From Candidatus Iainarchaeum sp. (GTDB lineage: Archaea > Iainarchaeota > Iainarchaeia > Iainarchaeales > JAGVWC01), in the NCBI GenBank assembly GCA_018304465.1, contig JAGVWC010000004.1:1-46643 (forward strand): 46,643 nucleotides of DNA, read 5' to 3'. Position 1 is the stretch's first letter, and the number at the start of each line of letters is the position of its first letter. Positions 7,222-19,200 of this stretch are shown here, in pieces. The position numbers were made by a program, and so were the translations under genes. The notes beneath the pieces were generated by a model. That model worked only from the letters and a program-made list of their open reading frames with translations. It ran no database searches and was not told where the DNA came from.

Positions 7222-10200
7222 GTTGTGTATTCGAGTTGCGCGTTCAGGTCAATGGGTTGTCCAAACTCGCTTTCGAAATTGAAGTCGATGGTTTGGGTTC
7301 CGCTTAAAACGTTGTAATCCGACGGAGAAAGCACTTGCACGTAGGGACCGTTTTGATCGTAGTGGTATCCGATGTCGATCTTGCCGGTATCCAGTTTGTT
7401 GCTCTGATACGACGTGCGGATATTGAAGAAATTGTTGATGTCGACTCCGTTGGAATCCTCGTTTCCCGCGTTCAAGAGTGGTTGGCCGGCATTCGCATTG
7501 GTGTTCAACAAGAAGTTCCGGTCTGTTCCATCCGCGATAAACGGGGTTCCGCTTAGATACACGCTGCCGGTTCCTTCGGTGGCACCGGTGATATTCGTGT
7601 CGTTTGCCCAAAACGCGTTGTGGTTGGAGTCCAGTTGTCCGCCCTGGGCGTACACCGCGGTTCCCGTATTGAACGCGAAAATATTGTTGTAATTCTTTTG
7701 CACCACGCCATTAGTGTCCCGCGTGAGGATCGCGCCGCCAAACAAAACCGCGGAATTATTCGAAAACGTGTTGCTGTAAAAGTTGATCAAGCCGTTTTGG
7801 TCCCAGACGCCGCCTCCGCTTCGCGCCTTGTTGTCCGCGAACAAGTTATTGTAAAAATTGACGATGTTTCCAAGATTATACAATCCGCCCCCATTTCGGT
7901 CCGATGACGTGGTGACGACGTTTCCGGTGATGGTATTGTTGTAAAAGTTCGTGATGGTTCGCAGATTATACACGCCGCCGCCGTATGACCCGTAGGAATT
8001 GTTGTCCCGAATCGTGTTGTTGAAAAAATTCGTCACGTTTCCCGATGCTGTGTCAAACAAGACCCCGCCGCCTTTTCCGGCTGATTTGTTGTTGGTGATG
8101 ACGTTGCCGTAAAAATTGGTGATGGTATGCCCGTTGCCGAAAAACGCTCCGCCGCCACCGCCGTTACTTTCAATGCCCGTGTTATACGTGAGGGTGTTGT
8201 TGTAAAAATTGGTGATCCCCCCCCATGAGGTAATCGCGCCGCCGTAACTTCCTCCTTGGTTTTGCGTGAAGGTATTGTTGTAGAAATTGGTGATGGCACC
8301 ATGGAATCTCGCTATTCCGTACCCCGTGTAATTGTTTCGAATGACGTTGTTGTAAAAGTTCGTGATGGTCGGGCTGGTCGAATAAATGGCGATTCCCCCG
8401 CCGCTTGCGTTTCCGTTAATGTCGTGGATGGTGTTGTTGTAAATGTCGGTGACCCCACCGGATACGACCGCGATTCCCCCGCCAGTAAAGTCTCCGCAGT
8501 TTAGGTCGTGAATGTTGTTGTCATGGATCGACCCGATGTATCGCATTAAAACGATTCCGCGTTTTCCAAACTCGATATTTAAATCATCCAACGAATTGAC
8601 GTCAGACCAGACAAGAGCACCTGCAGCCAGATAAATCGCGGTGTTATAATCCGCTTTTTGGGGTGCTCCGGTGCTTCCGTTGATACTGGCTCCGATGGAG
8701 TTGTCATTGGCGCTCGTAAACGTGATTTTTTTGGCGCTTGTTCCCTGGGCTTTTAGCGCCCCCCCGGTCGTCACATTAATGAACGTGGTGCCGCCGGTTT
8801 TGTACTTGACGATCGCACCCGGTTGAATTGTCAACTGGCATCCGCGGACATCTATGTTTTCATCCACGTTCAAATAATACGTGTTTCCGTCGTACCATGT
8901 AACGTTGGCGTCTCCTGGTTGGCACACAGACGCGTACAGCGTGTTGTAAGCTGTGTTTAGGATCTGAAAGTTGTTGTCGGAGTAGTCGGTGTTGGTTCCG
9001 TTTCGGTCTTGTCCGGTGAGTTTGATGTAGTAGTTTCCGTCGGTGGCTGTGGTGGTGTCCCAGGTGTAGTGGCATGTGAATTGGGGTCCTGGATGATCAC
9101 CGTGCCAGAACCCGTACTGGTCGTCGTGTACTCCAATTGCGCGTTCAAATCCGCGGCTTGACCAAACTGCGATTCGACATTAAAATCAATCGACTGTGTG
9201 CCCACAAGGGTATTGAAATCGCTCGGACTGACAATGATAACCCCCGGTGCATTCTGATCAAAATGATACCCGATGTCGATTGTACCGAGGTCAAACCGAT
9301 TTGATTGTTGAGTGGTCCGAACGTTAAAGAAATTATTAATATCGACATTGTTCGAATCCACGCCGCCGGCATCCACTAGTTTTGCTCCGCCGGTTGAAGT
9401 CGTGTTGAGTAAAAAGTTTCGATCGGTCCCGTTTGCAATAAACGGATCGGTCGTGAAACCGGTCGCGGAATTAACGTCGTTATTCGTTTGACCGTTCACA
9501 GCGCCTGTTGACCCGACCTGAAAATACGCATTATTAGACACCGTTGCGGACGAATTGATATCTTTGAGTGCTTGTCCCATGTTCACGAACAAATTCCGCT
9601 GGATTTTTCCGGTGAAACTTTTGATGTTCATAATGCCGTATCCACCGGAAGCAAAATTGGCAAACGTGTTGTTGTAAATGTTTCCTGAAAATGCCGTGGT
9701 CAATCTGATGCCTGTTCCGGTGCCTGACCCGTTTAACAGGAGGTTATTGTAAATATCAGCCGAGCCGGTGTTTGCAAGCACGATATAATTCGCGTTTGCA
9801 GCCATGCTCACAAATCGGTTGTTGAAAATCGCCGAGCGTGAAGCCCCGGCGTTTATGATGTATACCCCATAATTAGCGCTGTTTTGGATCACGTTGTTGT
9901 AAATGGATCCGAACATCGTGCCGTTTCGGTAAAATACCTGCGACGCGCTGGTGAAGTTGTTGTCAAAAATGTCGCCTCTGTATTCTCCCGCGTTCCATGC
10001 ATAAATCGAATTGGTGGCGGAGACGAAGTTATTACGGTAAATGTGTCCCGAGATCGACCCGTCGGCGCTGGTGTCAATCGCAGTCGCCATCGACTTGAAC
10101 GAGTTTTGAAAAACGTTTGCGTCCGTGGCGCGCGTGAACTGGACTCCGGTAGTTCGAATATTTTGGAAGTTGGAATCGTGCACGCTTCCGATGTTTTGAT

Positions 10201-13200
10201 CCAAACGGATTCCGATGTTTGAATCGAGTATTCTCAGAAACGAAAACGAATCCGCTTTTGTCATTGCGGCATCGGATTTCACCCAAATCGCGTTGTTGTA
10301 GTCGCCTAATGCGGGGCTTCCGCTACAACCGCTTACCAGTTCGGTGTTTTGATTGGTGCTTCCAGAATAAGCGGATTGGTCTTTGCACGACGTGAAAATA
10401 ATGTTCGCGTCCGCGCGGCCATTCGCAATCAAACGGCCACCATTTACCACCTGAAGATTGGCACTGGTTTTGTATTTGATGACGGTTCCGGGTGCGATGT
10501 TGAGGTCTACTCCCGCACCCGTTATGTTGACATCACAGGTTAAGAGGTACGTGTTTTGATCCCAGTTGGTATCGCTAGAAATGTCGCCGCACACCGTGGT
10601 AGCACTGGTGTGACTGATTTGAAAGTTGTGGTCGGAATAATCGGTGGCTGTAAGTATATCCTCCGTGAAATCGACTCGGATGAAATAGTTTCCATCCGGA
10701 ATTCCGGTAGTGTCCCACTCATAATGACAAACATAGTGGGGTCCCGCGCTACAGTTGTACGCCGCCGCATCCAGTGTGTCGGAACTAATCGTGGTGCCGG
10801 CTCCAGGGTTTGTCGTGGAATAATATATTTCTAGTCCCAATGCGGATGGATCTGTTCCGTTTCGATCCGCGTTAAAGTCAATCGTTTGCGTTCCGGTTAA
10901 CACGTTATAATCATTCGGAGAGGTTACTTGTACAAAGGGGGCATTCTGATCTTGGTGGAAACCGATATCCACTTTTCCGGTGTCAAGCCGGCTGTTTTCC
11001 TGGGTGGTCCGCGACAAGAAAAATGCATCGGAATTCACGCCACCGGCATCCACTAATTTTGTTCCTCCCGTGGCGGTAATATTAAGCAAAAAATTCCGGT
11101 CGTTTACGCCGCCAAACGGATCCGTCGTAAAACCGGTCAGTGTGTTTTGGTCGCCGACGTGGTTATTCGGTGTTCCGCCTGGAGTTGAAACGTCAAAATA
11201 TCCGTTGAAAGCAACGGTCCCCGAATAGCTTGAACCGCCCGTAACTGCAAGCACGGTGCCCACGTTTGCAAACAAGTTTCGCTGGGTTTTTCCAGTCCAG
11301 TTTGCCCCGGTTCCGTTATGGAGCGCGTTTGTGGGGCCGAAAATCGTATTGTTATTGACGTCGCCGGTAATGTTGACGGCGCTTTCTACGACATCGCCGT
11401 TGTAAATCGCGTAGTTTCCGAAAAACGGGGCGAACAAGTTGTTGTAGATGTGGCCGCTGATAATTCCATCGGTAACCGTGCCGGTGTTGCTGATTCCAAT
11501 TCCGGCACCCGGAACTGCGGTGAATCGATTGTCGAAAATGGGTCCGCTAATGGTTCCGCCCTCATTGTTGATTCCGATTCCGGTGCCCATCCTGAAATTG
11601 TTGTCGCGAATCGCTCCGGAAACCGTAAGGCTTGCGATGTAAATTCCGTCTCCGCTTCCGGTGGCAACATTAAAGTCGTTGTCGTAAATGCTTCCCGAAA
11701 AAGTACCGTTGGTCACTGAAACGACATAGCTTTCGCTTCCCCTAAAACGATTATTGTAAATATTGCCGGTAAACGTGCTCGTAGTCATGCGAATGGCCGG
11801 CGACGCGTTAAAATCCAAAAAGAAATTGTTGTAAATGTGACCGTAATGCCCGCTGGCGGTATCAATCCCGGCAGCGCTGGCACTGAAATACTGGAACGCG
11901 TTGGAATAAATGTTCACGTCGCTTGAAAGCCGCAATAAGACGCCTCTTCCGTATGAGGTTGAAAAAAACGAGAAATTATTGTCATGAACGCTACCGATGT
12001 TTTGATCCAATTCCACTCCCACATTGGCGTCCCGGATTTTTAGGTACGAAAACGAATCCGATTTGGTCATTCCGGCAGTTCGACGAATGTGAATCGCAAC
12101 GTTATAGTCATTGGCGCTCGGACCTCCGGAACAACCCACTTGGGCGTTGGTATCGGCTCCGAAATTCTGGTCTTTGCACGACGTGAAAATAATGTTTTTG
12201 TCCGCCCGCCCGTTCGCCAGAATTCTTGCGTTGTTTAACACCGAAAGACTCACGCCTTCCTTGTACTTGACGATCGCGCCGGGCTGAATGTTCAAATCCA
12301 CGCTGCTTCCGGTCACGTTCACGTTACAGGTCAACAAATACGTGTTTCCGTCGTACCAGTTCTGGTCGCTTGTGATGTCTCCGCATCGCACGTTGTAATC
12401 CGAAGGACTGTTTAGCACTTGGAAATTTTGGTCGGAGTAATCTGCCATGCTTCCGTTATCATCGCTGCCTGTTAAGCGGATAAAATAATTTCCATCCGTC
12501 GCCTGGGTCGTATCCCATTCCACTGAACATCGCGCAACCGGAAAACCACTGGAGCACGTATAATCCGACACAGTTGTGCCCCCCGCAATTTCAGTCCCTG
12601 CATCACTGGGAGTAGGCGTATACGATATCGAAGCACCGACCCCGGCTTCGTAACTGAATCCGCTTTCCACGTTAAAATCGATCAATTGCGTTCCAGACAG
12701 AACATTGTAATCACTCGGAGAAAGCACTTGCACGTAGGGTGCGTTTTGATCGTAGTGGTAACCGATATCGATGGTTTGCGTGTCAAGCTTGTTGTTGGAT
12801 TGTGTGGTTCGCAGGTTGAAGAAATTGTTGACGTCCACGTTGTTGGAGTCGATTCCGCCGGCGTTTACGAGTTTGGCTCCGCCTGTACTCGTGGTGTTTA
12901 ACAAAAAGTTTCGATCGGTGTTTTCGGCGATGAAGGGGTCCGTCGTGAAACCGGTTTCGGTGTTTTGGTCTCCGACATGATGAGACGGAACGACGGAGGG
13001 TGCTTCGATCGTGGTCACGTTGAAATACGCATTGTTGCTTACGGTCGCGGTTGAATTGATGTCTTTGATTGCTTTTCCTGTTACGTGGGCGAACAAGTTG
13101 CGCTGGATTTGGCCGCTGAACGTGGCCGTACTGGCAATCGCGTTCGCGTCTCCCACATTGAAAAATAAGTTGTTGTATACCTGGCCATCTCCGTTTCCAC

Positions 13201-16200
13201 TTATGAGAATTCCCGTCGAGTTCAAGCCGATGGACAAGAACCGGTTGTTGTAAATCGAATACGCGCCGTTGTAATTGATTCTGAATTCAATTCCGGTCGA
13301 ATACGTCAGGAGCGAAAAATCATTGTTGTATATATTTCCGGATCGTGTCGTCGAGGCGGCGGTGAACCGGATTCCGGTGGTCCAGGCGGACATCGTGAAA
13401 TTATTGTCGTTGATCGAACCGTAAAAATGGTCGGTGACCGACAGACACGTCACAATGCAGGACAAAAACTTGTTCTTCGAAATGCTTCCGGACAAAGCGC
13501 CGGTCCCATAATACGGATAAGCCCCTCCGATGGCAAAGGTGTTGTTGAATATCTGCCCCGAATAACCCCTCGCACGGATCGAATACGTGTCATAACTGCC
13601 CATATTTCCGAAGTAGTTGTTGTATATCCACACGTTTGAATCATACGGGAAATAAATCGCGGAGATCGCTCCTGTCCAGATGTTATTGGTGATAAAACCA
13701 AAGTTGGAGTCGTGAATCGACCCGATGTTCAGATCCGTTTTCACCCCGAAGTTGGCGTCAAATATTTTCAAGTACGAAAACGAATCCGTTCCCGTCATTC
13801 CCGAACTAGACCGGACATAAATGGCGGTGTTGTAATCCCTTGGACTTGGCGCCCCGGCGCATCCGGCCGCGTCCGAAGTGTCTTCGTTGGTGCTTCCGGT
13901 GTAGGTGTTTTGGTCTTTGCAACTGGTGAAGATGATGTTTTTGTCGGGTGTTCCATTGGCGAGGATTCTTCCTCCGTTGGATGTAACGAGGCTGGTTCCG
14001 GTTCCAGAATATTTTACGACGGTTCCAGGAGCGATGTTTAAGTCGACTCCCGCACCCGTGACATTGACATCACAGGTCACCAGATACGTGTTTTGATCCC
14101 AGTTGGTGTCGACGGTGATGTTTCCACAGGTTTCGGTCCACGGATTTGCCGTGTTCTGGATTTGGAAGTTGTTGTCGCTGTAGTCGGTGGTGGTTCCGTT
14201 TCGGTCTTGTCCGGTTAGTTTGATGAAATAATTTGCATCCGCGGCTGTTGTCGTATCCCATGAATAGTGGCAACTAAATTGTGGTCCGGTAGAACAATTA
14301 TAGCTTGCTTGGTTGAGGTTTTGGTCGATGATCACCGTGCCAGAACCCGTACTGGTCGTCGTATACTCCAACTGCGCGTTCAAATCCGCTGCTTGTCCGA
14401 AACCCGATTCGACATTAAAATCAATCGATTGCGTACTCGTCAACGTGTTATAATCGCTTGGCGACACGACGATCACGAATGGCACGTTTTGGTCATGGTG
14501 ATAACCGATATCGACCTGGGCAAAGTCAAGCTTGTTGTTTTGCTGGGTGGTTCGGACGTTGAAGAAATTGTTGATATCCACGTTGTTCGAATCCACGCTG
14601 CCGGCGTTCACGAGCTTTAAGCCGCCGCTCGCGTTTTCGTTAAGCAAGAAATTCCGGTCGGATCCGTCCGCAAGAAACGGATCTGCACTGAATCCCGTCG
14701 TTGTATTCTGGTCTGCAACATGCTGGCTGGGAGTCCCACCCTCGTTGGATACGCCGTAGTACGCGTTGTTTGAAACCGTTCCGGAAAACGTTCCGCTTAG
14801 GCCATACAATTGTCGGACGAACAAGTTACGCTGAACACTTCCCGTAAAAGTAGCGTTGTTGTAAATCGCGCGTGCCGTGGTGCCTCCGTAGGCAAACGTG
14901 TTGTTGAAAATCCGACCGCTAAACGTTCCCACCGCAAGACCGAATCCCGCGTAGGGCCCGTTTGTTCGAACAAAAAGATTGTTGTAAATGTCGGAAGAAG
15001 TCGTGGAACCGGTGGAGGCCACGATGGACGCCGCATTGGCATTGGTGATGTTGAAAAAGCGGTTGTTATAGATGGGGCCCGTGGTGTTTCCGAGTAAAAA
15101 CATCATGTAGTCGCTTCCAGTGCCCGTAATCGTGTCAAAATTATTGTCATAGATTCTTCCGGTCATCGTGCCTGCTTGATAGATTCCGTGGCCCAGGGTG
15201 TTGTAAATCGTGTTGTTGTAAAAATCTCCGGAAAACGTTCCGCTGATATAAACCGCCATCGACCCGTCAAGAAAATTCGTGAACCGGTTGTTGTACACAC
15301 GGCCGCCCCACACAGAACCGGCCAAGTTTCGAATTCCGTATCCGGAAAAGTTAGAAAAGTTATTGTCGTAAAAATCAAGTTCGAATCTTCCGGACGCGAC
15401 GTAAAGTCCATATTTTCCGGTCGTTTGTCCCTCAAAACGATTCCGATAAATGCTTCCGTTCGAATCCGTGGAAGCGAAATACATCAGGTATGTCGCATCG
15501 CTGTTGGAAAAATTGTTGTCGTGGAATTGTCCGTCAAAATTTGAAGAAACATAAAATCCGTAGCTGCTTCCGGTCAAGTGAATGATATTGTTATCATAAA
15601 TATCTTGGTTGCATTGCGAAAGGTAGTAACAATAAATGAGTCCGCTTGAGTTGTTTAGGTCCTTGAACACGTTGTTATAGATTTTCCCGTCATTGATGCC
15701 CTGAAAATATGAAATTGTCCAAATTCCATTGCTGTCTTTGAACAGATTATTGTGAACGTTTCCCGTATGGGTTCCCAGGAAAAAGATCGGCATTCCGTTT
15801 CCTGTTCCAAGGCCAAAATCATGGAACACGTTATTGTAAACATTCACGTCGCTTGCGACAGTCAAATAAATTGCCGCTTGGGCATCGCCCGTAAAGCGTT
15901 TCATGATAATCGTTTGGCTTTGGCGCGCCCGAACAACCGGGTCTCGTTGAAGTATTCACGTTGTTGGAGCCAGCATACGCGTTCTGATCTTTACAGCTGG
16001 TGAAAATAATGTTTTTGTCCGGGGTTCCGTTGGCTACGATTCGACCGCTGTTTTGCGCATATATTCGACCGGTGACCGTGTACTTGATGACCGCCCCCGG
16101 TTGAATCGTCAGGGTGGTGCCGGCGTCGGAAACAATCACAATACATGTCACCAGATACGTGTTGCCGTCAAACCATGTTTCGGACGACGAAATCGATCCG

Positions 16201-19200
16201 CATTTTTCGTACAGGTTTTCCTCGGTCTGGTTCGCGTCGAGGCTTAAGTACTGGATGTTTACATCTTGCACGTGAATCGTGTTGGAATCAAACGGGTTCT
16301 GTTGCCAAAAATTTCCCAGCTGAGAATAATTCTGATCCAGTAAAAGACGGTACTGAAAAAATCTTCCGCGGCCGCCTTGACCGCCGTTTAAATCAAACGC
16401 GACTCCGCTTTGCGGTCGTCCATCACTTGAAAAAGGCGGGTTCGCGGAACAAGCGGCATTCGTGCAGACGCGGCTTTGGAACTGCACTCCGCTCATGACC
16501 GCGTTGGTGTCAAACGTCACTTTGGCCTTGTTGAAGTTACAGTCCGTACACCAGCCATTGGCATTTCCGTCAAAAACCTTGGAATAATAATGTCCGGTCC
16601 ACCATCGGTTGTAGTCTGCGGCGACTTCCTCGTCGGACAACGCCCGATCAAAGATCTTGACTTCTTCGAGCGCGGCATTGAGGTACTTGATGGCAGTGGC
16701 GTGATTGCTGTTTCCGATATACGCCGGGTTGACGGTGGACCCAAATGTCGCGTCGATGCTTGTGGTATTCTGCTGATCCAACACCCCGTTCTTGAACAGT
16801 TTGATATAGCTTCCGCCTTTGAACACGCCGCAGTAATGATCCCATCGGTCGGAGGTCACCAGATTCGTGGAGCCTTCGACGCGGCTTCCCAAGGCATTAT
16901 TCGAAAATGAAAGCGTGTTGGTGCGGCCAGAGGTAACGGCGACATCGTCCACCCAGAAAAGCCATCCGCTATCCGCATTCCATTTGGAAACAATGGCGCC
17001 ATCCACCGTGACGGACGTCGGATAATATTTCATCCAAAAACAAATCGATCCCTCCGGTTTTCCGTCGAGCAACGTTGTGGTTTGCGGATTGACGTATCCC
17101 GAAGACCCGTTGGCGTAGAGCGCGTTGGTGTCAAACAATCCGAGCGCGTTGGTGTCCGCGCTTCCCGAAATCAGTCCGTCCAGGTTTTCAAGCGAGTAAT
17201 CCTGCGCGTAGGAACCGTTGGTATCGTTGAATTTCCAGTATCCCACGAGGTTTTTGTCAAGCGTGCCTTCGTAATACAAATTATTGATATCGATTGGAGA
17301 CAATACGCGGTCGTAGACCCGAAAGTCGTCAAACGGGTTGGACGCAAGATACAACGCCTGAGTATTCGCGGATAGGTTTGGACTAAAGTTAGCTACATAG
17401 ACCCCGTTGAGGTATCCGCGCGCGGTGGTACCATCCATTGTGACGGCGATATGGTTCCATTTATACAGATTCGGCACGGTTTCCCAGCACCAGGACATCC
17501 CGTAAAAATCCACTGCCAAACTGTTTAATGTTACACACACCAGGTATTCGCCGTCGATAAATACGCCTGGTTTGTTGGTCAACTCTGTAGCGCCGTTGAT
17601 ATACTCCGGCCGCACCCAAAACGCGAACGTGTACGGCGTTGTCATATCAATCACGGATTTTCCGATCATGGTTCCCGCTCCAATGTTGGCGCCTTGACGC
17701 GTTCCGCGGATTCCGCTCCAATTGTTGTCTTGAAACGTTGTTGATTTTTTCAACGCATTTCCGCGGCCGGTTTTGTCCAAAAAATGCGTGGAATTCTGGT
17801 CGTCAAAATCGATCCACATCAATAGATTCCGATCGCTGGTCACTTGCCCCATCGTTTCCACGTTGGCGTCCAGTTCTCCGGTCAAGGTCAGGTTTCCATC
17901 AAACCCCATTTTCGTCCAGTTGAAATCATGCTTGGCGGGGTAAGCGGTTTCGTTGGTGTCAAACACCGTGTTGGCGTCCGAATACCAATACGGATCGATG
18001 GTAAAATGCTGGCCGAACTTCAAATCGTATTTTCCATTGCTTCCCGCCGGAACCATGAATTCCACAAAAAGCTCTAGTGAAGAATGCGCGTCAACGCACG
18101 TTCTGTCCGCGGCCACGTTTCTAAACGAACGCTTTTCGATTTTCTCGCCGCTTTTTTTTTGGATTCTGATGGCACAGTTTCCTTTTTCATCAATGGATTC
18201 GCAGGAAACGGTTTTGGGTTCGCTTTCGCCCGACCCGATTTTTCTTGCCCGAACCACGCATTCATTCCCATTGAGGGTTCCGTTCACGCATTTTCGGGTC
18301 AAAAGGTTTTGTACGTACACCGGAACCGCAACGTTGCGTTCAATATTCGCTTTTGTTTTTCGGTTTTGAATCAACACCGAGGCAGGAGAAAGATCCGTTC
18401 CAAAAAAGCAATACGCTTGATCGGACGTGTTTTCAAACACCACAGGCACGCGGCAGTTTTCTCCTGAACAACGCACGGTTTCCTCCAGAACCCGCAGTTC
18501 GAATTCACTGGTGCGGATTCCGATCGTGTTTTCGCCGGCAATGTCCTCGACCACGGAATAATTCAGGGGGGATAATTCCGCGGCATTCAACGGTTCCCGG
18601 GTTTCCAAAACTCGCTCTTCGGCCAGATCCGAATCCAGGTCCGTTGCCAGGATTCCTTTTGTTTCGGATTCGGAAGTCACGTTGACCGGAACGATCACGT
18701 TTCCGTTTTCATCGATAATCGTTGCGACGCCGCTTTCATCCAAGACGCGGACCTGATTGATGTCCGGAATCGGAACATTGACAAGCGTGTTTTCGTCCGC
18801 TGAAAGATACAGGTGAAAATCCACCGCGTTCACGAATAATACGAATTCGGTGCTGGGCCGGATCCGCAAATCCAGCGAGATCCCTCCGCCGGTCGATTGC
18901 AGCAAGGCATCCGCCAAATCGCATTCCAGCAACCGCGGAACCGTCGGAATCGAAACCGCGGGACACTGGTCCATCGGAACCCAGTCGCCCTCCAGGCGCA
19001 GATACGTAGCCGCGAATTCGCTTCCGTTTCTGTCGGTTGCTTGGATGTCCATCCAAAACGGCGCTGAAATCAAAAAAAGCGTGGACTCACCGGGATTAAA
19101 AGGCGTGAGCCGATTGAAATCAAACGTGAAACGATACTCGCGGTCGCCCAGCAATCCAACCAGTCCGAAATTGGCATCGGCGTCGTTGATCCGAAACGAC

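Noticed and set aside
7087-9091. Diversity-generating retroelement TR/VR pair: both mismatches in the 131-bp repeat fall on adenines of AAC codons on the coding strand (AAC to CAC, AAC to ACC)
   Set aside because: There are only two differences, both copies are coding parts of repeated Ig spacers, the third copy shares one allele with each, and no reverse transcriptase is in the window.
6346-15904. Treating the adhesin ORF fragments as separate genes or as programmed ribosomal frameshifts
   Set aside because: The downstream fragments lack signal peptides, and sequence is physically missing at each junction relative to sister modules, which slippage would not explain.
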